64,000 nt of DNA from the NCBI GenBank assembly GCA_002245135.1, contig NGBS01000005.1, positions 62,001 to 126,000 of the forward strand, read 5' to 3'. The notes under the pieces were generated by a model. That model saw nothing but the letters and a program-made list of their open reading frames with translations. It searched no databases and was not told the origin of the DNA. Shown in pieces: positions 1 through 14,094 of this stretch (position 1 is its first letter; each line of letters opens with the position of its first letter). Origin of the DNA: Proteromonas lacertae. Lineage: Eukaryota. Position numbers and translations under genes: made by a program.

Positions 1-3000
1 AAGAATAACTGATGATACAGAAACGCTGACTGTTCAATCATCTCATAATGTATAGTTATTATTATTATTATATCATTATATAGCATGATATATCACCTAA
101 AGCTATACCATTATTAACAGTTCTTCATCTTGACATTCATGTTGAGTTTTTAACAATAAATATCTCATTTATTCAGATCAAGTGGTTATCTCAATATGCA
201 TCATACATCACTGATTATTATAAGAAATACAATAGACTAAAGAAATCATTGTTTCCTTCACCATCAACAACTGATGTTCCACAATTATTATCACCAACAT
301 TAACAGAAGAAACAGAGAAAATACAAGATCAAGGATGGTTTGGTTATTTAGGATCCTATATTGAGTCGTTTCTACCAGGAGATGATGTACTTCCTACTCC
401 ACCATCATCACTTGGAACTCCAAAATCATCATCAACTCCTTCCTATTCACCTAATCCATTACCATCTTCTTCTTCACATTATGAAACTAATTTATCTATT
501 ATTTGTGTTGAAATTGAGAAATTTACTATAATTCTTCATGAAGATAAAGTTGATCGTATTATTTTAATAATAATAATATATCTTTGTATAGCATTGAATT
601 CTAAAGAATTATTAACTCCTTCAACGCCAAAGCAACAGCTTCAACAACAACAACAATCATATCAAAATAGAAATGATAATCAAAATGTTATTGAATTTAT
701 GATGCACAATATAGAGTTTATGTCAAAAGCAATTGTTCATCAAGGAATACAAATACAATTGTCAATGATTGCACATATTGAAACAGTATATGTAATAATA
801 TGATTTATCAATTATTAATAAATAATAGATTGAATCTGCAATAAAAGATGATCAAATGTTCCTACTCTGGAATGATGATGATGGCGAAGATGAGTATTAT
901 ATTTCCTACCATTCAAAACACTGTTTATTCAGATCAAATACACAGAGAGCACCACTTCAAAAGAATGCTGTTATTGATATATTTGATGAAGAAAAAGCTG
1001 ATTCTATTCAAACTGATAAACAAGGAAGTAAACACCATTTATTGACTGAAGCATCTACTCCTGCTATTCATTTTGTATATTTATCTCGTTTACAAAGTTC
1101 TATTTTATCTGATATGTTTTTATCAGAAGAATCCTCTCAAATTTTCTCTGAAACATCATCTTCAGCATCTCCAGTAAGAAGTTCTGTTGGTTTAGATATA
1201 TCAGGAATACAGAATATGAAATATCAAGCTATAGATTTTAGTTTTGGACCTTTAATTATCTATTATAATGCAATGTTACCTCCAATTATATTATCTGTAA
1301 TAAGTGCTGTAAAAGAGGCAAATAAGCTTGAAACTGTGAGTAGTTGGTTAGAACAAATATGGTCTCCAGAAGAGAACATACAAACTAAAACGAAGATAAA
1401 TACAAATCATACAATTCTTCATGCAAGATTAAACTCATTATCTGTTTTACTACAAATGCCTGATAATCCAAATGGATTATTATTATCACTGGATGATGTG
1501 AAGTTTAAAATGTTAACTAAATCTGCAGATTATTCTTATAATTCAAATAGAGTTTATGTAAGTGATTTAGTTTTATATAATCTACCAGTAAAGATGTTGA
1601 ATAAAACTAATATAGCAAATAGTATATATATTTTATTATAATTAAATAGTTGATAAAACAAAGTATATGATTTCAATGTCATTAATACAATTGGATCATG
1701 TTAAATCCAACATCGACACTCCTCAAGCTCGAATCAAGTTTCAAATACCAAAGATATCTTTTCAATTTGTAGATACACAGTTATATGATGCTAGTTCAAT
1801 AATAGTATATAATTACTTCTATTCAATATATCCAAATTCAAATTGTAGTTATCCATTACCTATCAATGATATTATATATCAATGTTGTTCAATGACATTT
1901 ACTTTGAATTTAGAGGATATAGAATTTACAGTAGTGACAAATGCATTACCCAATGATTATGTAAGTTCAAATATTCATTTAGTTATTAGATGTTTATCAT
2001 TATTTATGTTAAACAATAAGATTATACAATTCAATCAACAAGGAATGAAGAATCTATTAGATATTGGTTTAATAATGAAATTACCATCAATTTATTTCCC
2101 AAAGATAGTTAGTTTGTGGGATATAAAAGTACCAAAGAGGATTAATTACAGTGATTGTTCAATAGAATTACAATTCAATTTCTTACCTTTAAATATCAAT
2201 TTGACTGATTTGTTGAATGTAATATTTTGGGTTGTTCATTTTGTTCAATTGATTGTACAAAGATCTAGAAATGATCATATTAGAAAGCCAAAAGTAGAAA
2301 TTTATGGACCAAAAGATATAGAAGAAGAAGAAGAGGGAGAAGAGATAGAAAAGAGTAGAGAAATAGAAAAATTATCATCACCACCTATAATGACATATAA
2401 ACAGTTGTTTTTAGATGGAATTGTTCCATTCTCATTACATTTTACACTTGGTAAATTGACCGTTCAATTCAATCCTTACCTTTTTGTTGAAACTCCAACT
2501 ATTATATTGACAAATGTTGATAAAAAGAAGACTTTATGTGATTTATCTGTAAAGACAAATGATTTGTTGATATATTCCATTTCTAATAATAATAATAATA
2601 ATAATAATAATAGTGTTAATATGAAGAGGAATATATTTGAAGGAGGTAATTTTGATGGAGAACTGTCATTGGATATAAAGACAAAATTAAGGATTAAGAG
2701 TAATGTAAGAATATCAACAATAACGTTAGGAATATATCCAGATACTGTATTTTTATATATTATTTATTGTTATTTGTATTTAAATAGTTGCCAATGATTA
2801 CTTCTATAAGCAGTTCATTTTCACACTCTAATTCAAAATCAGTTTCAAAAGATCAACAGAAACAAAAACAAAAATTGCAATTAGAAGGAGAAAGAAAGAT
2901 GGTTCTATAGTAGAATCAGGAGTTGCTGACAATTCAAAGAAACCATCAATTGATGTTGGTGTTAATTGTAAAGGAATTGATATAATTTTACATTTTCCTG

Positions 3001-6000
3001 AAGTAAAAGATATTGAAAATCCACCTGAAAAAGGTATAATCTCATTAAAAAACATAAATGTGAATGTGAATAAAGAAAAGAATTTGGAGTTACATTTTGC
3101 TATAGATCAATTACAAAGTACATTAAATGATTCAATACCAATTATTCAGACAAAAGAAATTGATTTTTTCAAAGGTATTTATAGACAAAGTAATAAGAAC
3201 AAAATGTTAATTTTATCATTTGATGATATTAATATATATGGTAATTCAGGCTTTACTAATGGTTTATCATACTTAATTTCACCTGAATCAAATGATTCAT
3301 TGACAGTAATTCATCACAAATCACATAATAATCAAATAGATCAGTTATCCAATGAAAATACAAATAAGAATAAGCAAATAAAGAATAATAAGGATGAAAA
3401 GAAAGAAAGAAATCCATTTTATATTTATATTCGATCAAATAAAACAACTGTATTTGTTCCTTATCAATATAGTTACAATTTTAATGATAGTTTTGCTTTA
3501 CATCTTAAGCAATTTAGTTTTAATTCTTCTCCACAGAATGACGTATTTATTAACGATTTTATAACTAATATTGATTTTGAAGAAGGTTTAAATATTTATG
3601 AAATAGAATTATATGGTATAACAACAGATAAAAATGAATATAATTTTGAATACTATAATAATCCTGAATATACTTATAAAATTATTCAATCTATTGATAT
3701 GCATTTAGTTAATAAGAAATTATCATTTTCTCCAATAACAGTAACACTTCCATCTTATTTAGTGAAGCAATTAATGACTTCTATTGATGTTGTTTTAAAG
3801 ACTATTTCATTGTTTAGAAAACAAAAAGATCCAAATCAATTACCAGAACCAAAACAAATACAAACAACAAATAGTGAATTTATCGTTGATATTCCATCTG
3901 TAAATGCAATTTTAATATTAAATGAAAGTGATAGAGTAGAAGTAGTTGTTGATCATTTTAGTTTTACATCTTCGAGTGATATGAATGAATCTCAAACAGT
4001 TATTCAAGCTAACAATATAATTGGTAAGTATTATGAGAATGATAATGAATTATATACTTTATTATCATTTGATTCTAATACTAATGATGAAAATGAGAAA
4101 TTTACATTAACAATGACAACTATAAAATCAAACAATGATGAAAGTAATGTAAGTGTTGATTCTGAAAGTTCAATGTCTATGACTATACCTCATATTGCAG
4201 TAAATCTTAGGTTTAAAGATTTGATGAGTATAATTAATCTATTTACTCAAAAGAAACCAATATATCCATATCCATTAAGAAAAGAAATACCATTAAATGA
4301 TAAAAATAATAATATTCAACAAATCAAAACACCCTATAATATAAAGATATTTGATATTCAATTGAAATGTAAAGTATTTGAAGAAATGGATAAACCTCCA
4401 ATTGTAGTTAGTTTAACTTCAAATATATTATATAATAGACATTATATTTGTAGTTTAGAAGCACTGGATAATAAAGAAGTTAAACCTGATTTGGTGGAGG
4501 ATATTTCAATTATACTTCTACTAGGAATTGATATATTAAAGTCATTAGATTCTGATACATTTTATACACTACTAAATCCTTTAAATTTACAGTTTACTGG
4601 TTCAATGCATCAAAGTTCAGTTGATTTTTCAATTGAGACTGAATCAATTCAATTAAATATAATGAAAAACACATTTCTTCCTGTTGTTGTTTTAATTAAG
4701 AGTATAACAAAACCAAAAGCTGATAAAAATATTGAAATGGAAAAACAAAAACAAACCAAAAACAAATCTTCACAAGTAGATGAAAGATATTATACAATTC
4801 CATTGTCTTCATTCAATTATAATGATAATAAAGCATTACAACCATTACAATACAATATATTAACTCATACACTTGATGAATATGATGATGTAAACAAATG
4901 TTATGGTTTAGAATGGAAATTCCAAAATGATTGTATCTTATCAAATCTAATATATAATGCTGCTGATGGAATTCCATCTATTCTATTGAAATGTGATTTG
5001 TATTATTTCAATTATATGATAGGGGATTATGTAGGAATCTATTCATTTAAAGTTGATTTATCACAAACACAAGTATATATGATTCCTTTATTAAATTCTG
5101 AGAATAAATCAATCGATTCTTTGCCATTATTTCCATCATCACTGTGGAGGTTAGAATATCATATATTATCAATTATATCTAATCTAAATGAATCTACCAT
5201 TACTCAGATTAACAATATTCTACAGAGACAAATTGTTTTTAAGTATCTTATTAACAATTTTAATGATCATTTATTGAACTTAACTGTAAATTTGAAGAAT
5301 ATTACACTCAATGTATCTGATATATGTAATGTAGAAGAAGATAATAATAATAATAATAATAATAATAGAATTTTCAATAAGTATGTATTTAAAGATTTTA
5401 ATACAAATTTGTACAAATATAATAACATATTTTCATTGCTAGTCAATTCAGAAATGATGCTAAGTTGTTGTTATAGAAATTCAAATATGTATTATTCAGC
5501 AATTAAACCATCACATGTTGCATTTTTATATCAAAAGGCTAATTCAAACTTTAATAATAATCAGAATATGCTATTGTCTTTATCAAATTCAACTATAAAT
5601 GTTTTACCTGAAACTGTTTATTGTTGTTATCATCCAATTATTGGTATTATTAATAATATAAAAGGAAATTCAACTCATTCTAATCCACCTGTGTTAATAC
5701 AGAATTATACATCTAATAGACTGTATTATTGTGAATGTAATTCAAACCTAGTTCAAACCTTATTACCCTATAAAACAGGTAGTTATAACTCAACAAAACC
5801 ATTATTATTTGAATCACATTCAAAGATTCATTTTAGTCTATCACCTCCATCTACTACTTCCACTTCTTCTTCTTCTTCTTCTTCTTATAATGAGATTAAT
5901 GATTCTAATTATTGGAGTGAACCAATACAATTCCATGAAGGAGTAACCACACTGTATATGAATCCACCAAATGCTTATGAAGAACTTAGAAATATATGTG

Positions 6001-9000
6001 AGAAGAAAGACAAGAAGTGTGTTTATCATGTATATCAGGTTGAAAAGAATGGTTCTTATGTTTTATCAATCTATCCATCATGTTTCATAACAAACTTGTT
6101 TGATGTCAAATGCAATGTAAAAATATATTATGATGGTGAAAATTCTAAAGAATTAATAGTTAATGAAAATGAAAAACATCCAGTTATATTACCAAACCAT
6201 GAAAATGAGAATGTTAAATATTACATTGAAATACAACCAAATAAACAGAATGAATCATTTGAATATAGTTCAAAATATCCACTTAATTTCGTAGATAATC
6301 AAACAACATTTATTAAAATAGCATCTACAAAATCAAAGAAAGAATTTCTCCTACTATTAGAAATGAAGAAATACACTCCAGAAGAAAAAATGGAAGCTAC
6401 TGTTTGGAATATTGTATTAAAACCAATAGTAGAAATAGATTCAAGTCATTTTAATTGGAGATTGTTATATGATTCTGAATTGTTTTACACCACAAGTAGT
6501 GGTGATATTGTATATACATATTATTATTTATTTATATAGAATTTTGAAGTAGAATTTCCAACAACACCATATTCAGATTTCTTCTTATATTTAGAAGTGA
6601 ATAAAGAAAAGACTTGGATTGAAGTAAAGAATCATAAAATGAGTTTAGTGTTTAATAAGAATGGAAATAATAAATTACCATTGAATATTACCATCTATCC
6701 ATCTTTGACCATCACAAACTATTGTACTAATACAGTTTCATTAGAATATGTATGTGTAAAAAGTAATAACGAAGAAAAAGTATTAATATAATAATTATTA
6801 TAATTATTGAATAGTTTTCATTGGAGTATGGTGAATCAAGAAGTGAATTTTGGAGTTTGCATAATAATTTCTATTTAAAATTAGGATATAAAATTAATAG
6901 TATAACCTACTGGTCTCAACCACAGAAATTCAAAGGTGTAGAAAAGACTTTAGAGATCCCATACAAAATCCCATTAACAGGTGAAATTATATTTGTAGTT
7001 AATTTCAAATGGATTATTGAAGATAATAGTGATTATAGACTCATCATTTCACCACTGTACAGATTATGGAATATATGTGAAAGACCATTGTTTATTACTT
7101 ATGAAATACCTAAATCAGATCCAAAACCAATTCTGATTGATGATAAGCCTTCATCAAGCATGGAAGAATATAATCTATCACCATCAACACTTGAAAGAAC
7201 ATCAACAACAACAACACCAGTAACACCCACATCAGATAGTGATATAATGATTGATAATCCACCTAATTCAACAAAGAAATCAAAAATAACAATTGATCAT
7301 TATAATATACAATATCTCACAACAAAATGTGATGATAAATATGGAATTGATTTACCTATAAATACATCTACAAATTGTACAGTTTTGATAAATGTAAATG
7401 AATCTGAGATTCATATCAATCCATGCCATTATGTTGATATAACAAATAGAAGTCATGTTTACTTAAATCCTAATGAATTCATACTAGTAAACACATCAAA
7501 AGATGAAAAGGAAAACTGCACTGACTTCATTCTTTCAATTGAAAAACAACCATCTTTAATTGTTGATAATAAAAGTGATAAGAATATAGATATTAAATAT
7601 GAGGATGTGATAGTTGAAATTCCTTCTAATAATGTAAAACCAATCGAATGGGATAGTTTATGTGGATTTCCGTATATTGCTAATGTTAATAAAGACTCAC
7701 AAATACATGTATTTGATGCTGTTAAGAAATATTCATTATATGTAAGAAATCCCAATTCATCTTGGTCTTATCCAATCATATTGAATGATGGTAAATATAA
7801 TATGGTATTGGATGATAAAGATCAAAACGATAATAAATATAAATATACAATTACTGTGAAGCATTATGGTAGTACTTATGAATTAACTGTAAATGATAAA
7901 CTTGAGAATAATAATAATAATAATGGTGAAGATAGTACTAAAGCAAAAGAGAATATAAATATAAACAATATGAGTGTATTAGTAAAGAATTTTAAAATTA
8001 ATATGTGGAATAGTGTAACAGATAAGAATTGTTTATTCAAATTGAATATTGGCAATAGTCATTTGACAATGAAGAAAGTCACTAGTATGAATATAGAGAA
8101 AGATGAAATATTATCAATAATGAATGAATATCATGTCCAATTATCATCCCTACAATTCTACTTTAATGATTTAATAAATAGAGAATGTAAAACATTGCTG
8201 TCCATATCACAAAGAGAATTAATCCATATAATTGATATAATCAAATGTTCAAATAATAAATACAATTCTATTCCTTATTATCCATCTGTTATCTTCAATA
8301 TTCCATATACTGTTGGTGATGTTGAAGAATATCAAATACATACCATAATATCATATGTAAAATCAATAATAACTGAATTGAAACAGTTCAATCCAAGTGA
8401 AATAGATTTGAAGAATCCTGAGTTAGTTATAATGAAAAAGAATGAAAAAGTAGTTAGTGCAATTGAAAATAAAATGGATGAATTTAAAGCAAAGACTGAA
8501 ATATTCTATCATATTGATAATTTTTCTATTAGTCCAATCAACATGAAAGTTACTTTAAAACTAAAGAAAGTAATCTATTTTGGTGTTTCTAATTTACCTC
8601 TTTCACTCAATTCTATCACTACCACTCAAATACATTGTCAAATGAAGAGATTCACAAAAGAAATAATATCAAATTATATTACTGATTTAGTAATTCATAG
8701 TCCTATGTATTTAGGATCTTTAGATTTGATTGGTAGTCCAGTTGTATTGATTGATTCTATTGGTAAAGGAATAAATGCATTTGTTTCACAATTAAGAAAC
8801 ACAAGATCAAATTATGCACATAATAATAACAATAATAATAATATATTTATCAAAGTAGCTAGTGGAAGTGGTCAAATGTTATATTATTTTAGTGAGGGTA
8901 TTTTATCATCTATTAATGTATTATCTTCTACATTATCTAATAATATTACAAGACCATCAAAAGTTGAACCAATCCATAATTCATATACTACATCAACATC

Positions 9001-9445
9001 TAAACAACAACAATCATCATATATTTCTTATATTACAAAACCTATTGGTGGTTTGTTTAATATAATAACAAATACAACATCTTATATAATGGAGAAAACA
9101 GGAATGACATCTGAAACTAAAAGATATGAAGATAGTGAATTTATCTTATATTATTTAAATATAAAGTCATTGAAACATATCTTTAATCACAATTTTCTAG
9201 ATGAATCGTGTTTATTTAAATGCAATATTATCGACAATGAAGTTGAATATATGAATGTATATTGTTTATTGAATAAGAAGAAAGTATGTTTAATTGATTG
9301 TAATAATGGTATTGTTAATTTACTCACTACTTGTTTAACAAGTGAAATAAAGACTGAAGGAAGTTTTGTTTATATTAAAGAATTTAAGATGATAATGAGT
9401 AAAGATGTAGTAAAAGTAATTAATTATGAGAATAATAAGATATAG
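1..9445 (+). CDS. VPS13: VPS13-family bridge-like lipid transfer protein (VPS13B-like C-terminus); 5' end lies outside the window
   Basis: Long ORFs are joined by short GT-AG introns (donors near 50, 557, 786, 1622, 2747, 6510, 6780). The C-terminal signature is 'FSISPINMKVT...LPLSLN...YLGSLDLIGSPVVLIDSIGKGINAF'. VAB-like repeat starts are present ('IQNYT', 'ITNLFD', 'ITNYC', 'LWNIC', 'VDNKS'). One frame break at ~2832-2910 is unresolved. Confidence 0.85.
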
Positions 9446-9658
9446 ACTTATAATTAATAGTTTTTATTCTATATGTAAAATGAAAAAACACAAATCATCT
9501 TATATACTCTATATACAGCTCATAATATACCTTTGAAAGAGTATATAGTGATTCATAAGTTTGTATTAAGGAATCTTGTGAAATTTCTTTAAAATCTTGT
9601 GTTATCCATTTGCATAAAACAAACAATTATAGAACAAGTAAATTATTAAATTCATTGC

Positions 9659-10000
9659 TTACATTTTAACATAAACATTTCCATCACCAGTTTTCTTGTT
9701 GTGAGTCAAATGCCAATATAAATACATCAGTAATATAATGATAAACGCTCCAACAGCAACTGAAACTCCAATTATAACAACTGTTGTATGAGATATTGGT
9801 TCAGGTTTATGAGTTGGTTCTGGAGTAGTTGGTTCTTCAGTTTCATCATTAATATTCTTATTACTATATTCTTGATTTAAATGTGGAGAAGGTGGAATTG
9901 GGTTAGATTTACCAATAAGGCCTTTGTTATCAGCTTTTACTTCTGACTGAGCAAAACACAAACAAATTATAACACTTAAAAAGAGTATAGCACACTTCAT
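9659..10000 (-). CDS. Small single-pass type I membrane protein (113 aa)
   Basis: Signal peptide MKCAILFLSVIICLCFA, P/T/E-rich stalk, hydrophobic TM 'VVIIGVSVAVGAFIIILLMYLYW', short tail ending in a YxxM-like 'YVKM'. Confidence 0.75.
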   Translation of the reverse strand: MKCAILFLSVIICLCFAQSEVKADNKGLIGKSNPIPPSPHLNQEYSNKNINDETEEPTTPEPTHKPEPISHTTVVIIGVSVAVGAFIIILLMYLYWHLTHNKKTGDGNVYVKM

Positions 10001-10283
10001 TCAAAGATATTTTGAAATTTTAGATTATATAAATACACTTGTATTACACTGTAATACATTTGGTGATGTATTTAGAAAGAAATGAAGAATGTGTTATATT
10101 AATAGTATCTTCAATAACAACATTATCATGTATAAACAATCTAAAGTATATCTGAAGATTATCAATTTAATTTCTATAAATCAACTGAATTGTTGAGTAA
10201 ATAAAGTGTTATCATTTATTAGTAATAATATACTCGGAACCCCTCCAAAAAAGACAAAAATGATAAACAATTCATTAAAATAT

Positions 10284-11680
10284 TCACTTCTTATCAGTCA
10301 TAATTGTTGACATAGCTTGTTCATGTCCATCAGGAATCATATATAACACAATACTAGAATCTGTCTTTTCTTCAACTCTAAAGTATCCTTTTCTTTCTAA
10401 CTGAATAATATCATTTGTTTTAATTGCTTTAATATTTGGATCACTTAATGCAACAGCTTCAACTCTTGTGGGATGTAATTTACTAGTTAAACATGATTCA
10501 AAATCATCATCAGCTGCATCATCATCTAATTTCTTCTTTGTAATTAAATAATCAAATTCAACCAATGTAATTTTGGTATTATCTGGTGTTTTAGCAACCC
10601 ATGTTAACTTCTTTTCAGTCTTTTTGAAATCTCCATTTGGTACAAATTCACCTTCCATATATTCAATCTTATCATCTGACTTATGAATAGCATTAACTTT
10701 GAAATTTCCCCATCTCATTAATGTTATTTCTTCACCTTCTTTAATATCCTTTGCATCACTCTCTTCTAAGTAAATTACATTTGAACATTGTATCTTTTTC
10801 TTTCCTAAAGAAGCATTCTTTGGATGTAAATCACATTCAACGGTTGTTACTTTATCATCAACATTAGATACTCTTAATTCAACAACAGCGTTCTCTAATA
10901 CAGCCATATATCTTGGTGCAATAGGATCAATCTCCTTCTTATTCAAAGTCCAGAATTTATTCCATTCCATTTCTACTATATTCTTACTAAATCCTTGTGC
11001 TAATATGAATTTCTTTAATGCACTAATTTGTACACCTCTTTTAATAATACCTTTCACTGTAGGGAATCTAGGATCATCCCAACCAGATACTTCTCCTCTA
11101 TCAACTAATAATTGTAACTTTCTCTTAGACATAACAGTCTGTTGGAAGTTTAGTCTTCCGAATTCAATGATATGAACTGGTCTTAATCCTAATGTCTTTT
11201 GTAACCATACATATTGTTCATCTCTATCTTTATATTCAGTGGTTCTCATAGCGTGAGTTACTCCTTCAATACTATCGACAATTGGACATGCTAAATCGTA
11301 AGTAGGATATGCTTTATACTTATCTCCTGTTCGCATATGAGGTAGATTATTGTATCTAAATATAACTGGATCTCTTAAAGTACCATTCTCACTCTGCATA
11401 TTGATTTTGGCTCTTAAACAATAATCTGTTACTTCACCTTTTAACATTTTGTGGAATAATTCCATTGATTGATCTGCTGGCATTTCTCTGTTTTTACTGT
11501 TGATTCTATTCTGACGTTCGTTTCTCATTGTTTCTTGATCTGTGTTATCCATATAGGCATGACCTTCTTTGATTAATTTCTCAGCCATTTCAATAATAAT
11601 TGGGAAACTGTCAGATGTATAAGATTTCATATCTGCTTCAATTCCTAATAATTTTAAATCTCTATTTTTAAATATATTTT

Positions 11681-11723
<43 letters not shown>

Positions 11724-12592
11724 TCTAAGATTGCATTCTCAAATTCACCCTTTTCTTTAGCTGGATTAGTATCATCGAATCTTACTAATAATTTACCTTT
11801 GTACATCTTAGCATAAGTTGCATTTAATGTAGCTGCTTTGACATGTCCAATATGTAAATATCCACTTGCCTCTGGTGGGAATCTAGTAACAACTTTGCCA
11901 ATTTCAGCATTGGGTAATGGCGGCATACCTCCTAAGTCTACATTACTCTTCTTACCACCTTTATTATCTTTACTATCTAATACTGGTAATACAGGCTTTG
12001 GATTAGACTTTTGATTTTGAATTCTTCTCAAGTCACTTGATAATCTTCCAATACATTGCTTTACTGCTTTATTAGAGCTAATTAAACTGAACCAACGGTT
12101 TACATTTGGGAAAGCTTCAGCATCTGGGTTGATTTGGTTTTGAGTGAAAGAACTCCACATTCCAATATCAGCTAACGAAATTTCATTACCTACAAGGTAT
12201 GTTCTCATTTGTAAAGCAGCTTCAAGGATTGCCAAAGCATAATCACAATCACAACAAAAGACAGTTGATAAATCTAACCATTGATCAATTTCAGATTCTT
12301 CCTTTTTGTCAGAATGTTGAAGTTGACCATTGCCTGATCTTACGAAATATCTAGCAATAGCATTATCACCAAAAAGTACCAATTTACTAAATCAAATTAG
12401 ATTAATATTGGATTATACTCATCTGTATGATACTCAACATATTCGATGTTTGTATCTTCAGGAACAAATCTCACTTTTTTATCACAAATTACTGAGGTGA
12501 TAAAGGAAGCATATGGAAAGCATTCTATTCAATTATAATAGTTCAATAATACGCTCTCCCCAATGGATTGAATCTGGGTATTGGTTAGACAT
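10284..12592 (-). CDS. Cytoplasmic glutamyl-tRNA synthetase with N-terminal GST-like domain
   Basis: HIGH motif 'RFPPEASGYLHIGH', plus 'RFDDTNP', 'YPTYDLACPIVDSIEGVTHAMRTTEY', 'VMSKRKL' and 'GWDDPRFPTV'. Three short introns give a continuous frame from ATG 12592. Confidence 0.95.
11684..11722. repeat. (TA)n microsatellite in a GluRS intron
   Basis: Perfect TA run extends the GTATAT donor. Similar intronic TA runs occur at ~25157-25182, ~36949-36967 and ~63721-63741. Confidence 0.95.
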
Positions 12593-12940
12593 GAGAAAAA
12601 GCCAGAAATGTGAATTTGATGTATTTTTGCAAAATAGAATTGAAAATTCTTAATTTTCTGACTTAAACACGGAAAAGCATATTATGAAGAATAAATGAAT
12701 TTAGTGTCTATTTTTGAAATAAATCGATAAGTATTAAAGAGAAAAAAACAAACAAATCATACACATCGAGAAATTTATAAATTCAAATATATAAAGCATG
12801 ATATATTGAATATATAGAAAAATCACACTCTTTAAAATGTTCTTAAGATGAAAAAAACGGGAAAATAAATTTCATACTTTCGAACTTCATCAAGCTTGAC
12901 GTTTCATAAAAACCGTTTTGATTTTTATTATTTTAATATT

Positions 12941-13949
12941 ATGTCTCAACTAACCAGAGGTATGAATTGAAAATACTATATATTTATAGAGGCTCAAACT
13001 ATCTTTAAGGCTTATGATACTAATGGTGATGGCTTGCTAACTAAGAATGATATTGGTCAAATATTAAGAGATCTAGGTGAACATCCCGAACCATCCGATA
13101 TTATTACAGCTATAATGGAATGTGATGTAGACCAAGATGGTTTTCTAAGTGCTAAAGAATTTAGAAATTATTATGAAAAAATATCGTCAAAATACCATGG
13201 TGAATGTTACAATAGACTTTTAATAGGAGATAGAATTGGAAGAGTGCGTCGTTCTGCATACACATTGCCAGCTTCTACATTTGTCTATGGTAAACCAAGT
13301 GGTAGTGATCCAGAAGGTGTAGGTGATTGTATATTTTATTTAATTAATTATACTGTAAATAGTATTATCATATTGGGATGAATTTGATCAAAAGAAGAAT
13401 CATGTAGCTGAACCAGATTATATACCAATGAATATTCATGCTAATGACGATGGTTGTGTAAAAGCTCCAGAATACAGAGCACATCATTTAGCTCACACAA
13501 TATACAAACAATACCAAGAAATCATTCCTCGAAGTAATAAACCAGAAATACCAAAGAAATACCGTGAAAACAGATTTGGTCAATTAGGACGACCATCCAC
13601 ACCAATCAAAATGTTAATCACAAATGAATTCGCTGGTCCTCAGGATGAGAGAGATTACCCAATGATTCCAAGAAGAGATGAAGCTAAGATTATACCAAAA
13701 GCAAGAAATACTATTGCTAGTAAAGCTAGATTACATTTAACAAAGAAGAAGTTAGAACCACCAGAAGACACAACTAAATTATGGAAAATGTCAAAGTTCC
13801 GAGAAGTAGAATCTAAAACTGCTACAATATACAAATCTCCAAAGAATACTTTAACAAAAACTGCTTCAAACACATTACAGAGAACTGGAAGTGCTACACA
13901 AAAACCAGAAGAGGAAGAAGAAGGTCCTCGTATCGTAATGGCTGAATAA
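12941..13949 (+). CDS. CFAP77: CFAP77-family axonemal microtubule inner protein fused to two N-terminal EF-hands
   Basis: EF loops DTNGDGLLTKND and DVDQDGFLSAKE are followed by CFAP77 motifs 'NRLLIGDRIGRVRRSAYTLP..FVYG..EGV', 'DYIPMN..GCV..E', 'FG..RPSTPI..L' and 'LWKMSKFREV'. Two short introns. Confidence 0.85.
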
Positions 13950-14094
13950 ATGAGTAAAATTAATTAATTAATATATTTTTTGTCTATCTATTATTTTAAT
14001 AGCTATTTTGTGTTGTTTTAAAATTTAACAATAACAGTAATAAGATATAAAAAAATATAAATATTAATAATTAAATAAATTACATAATTTCCAT

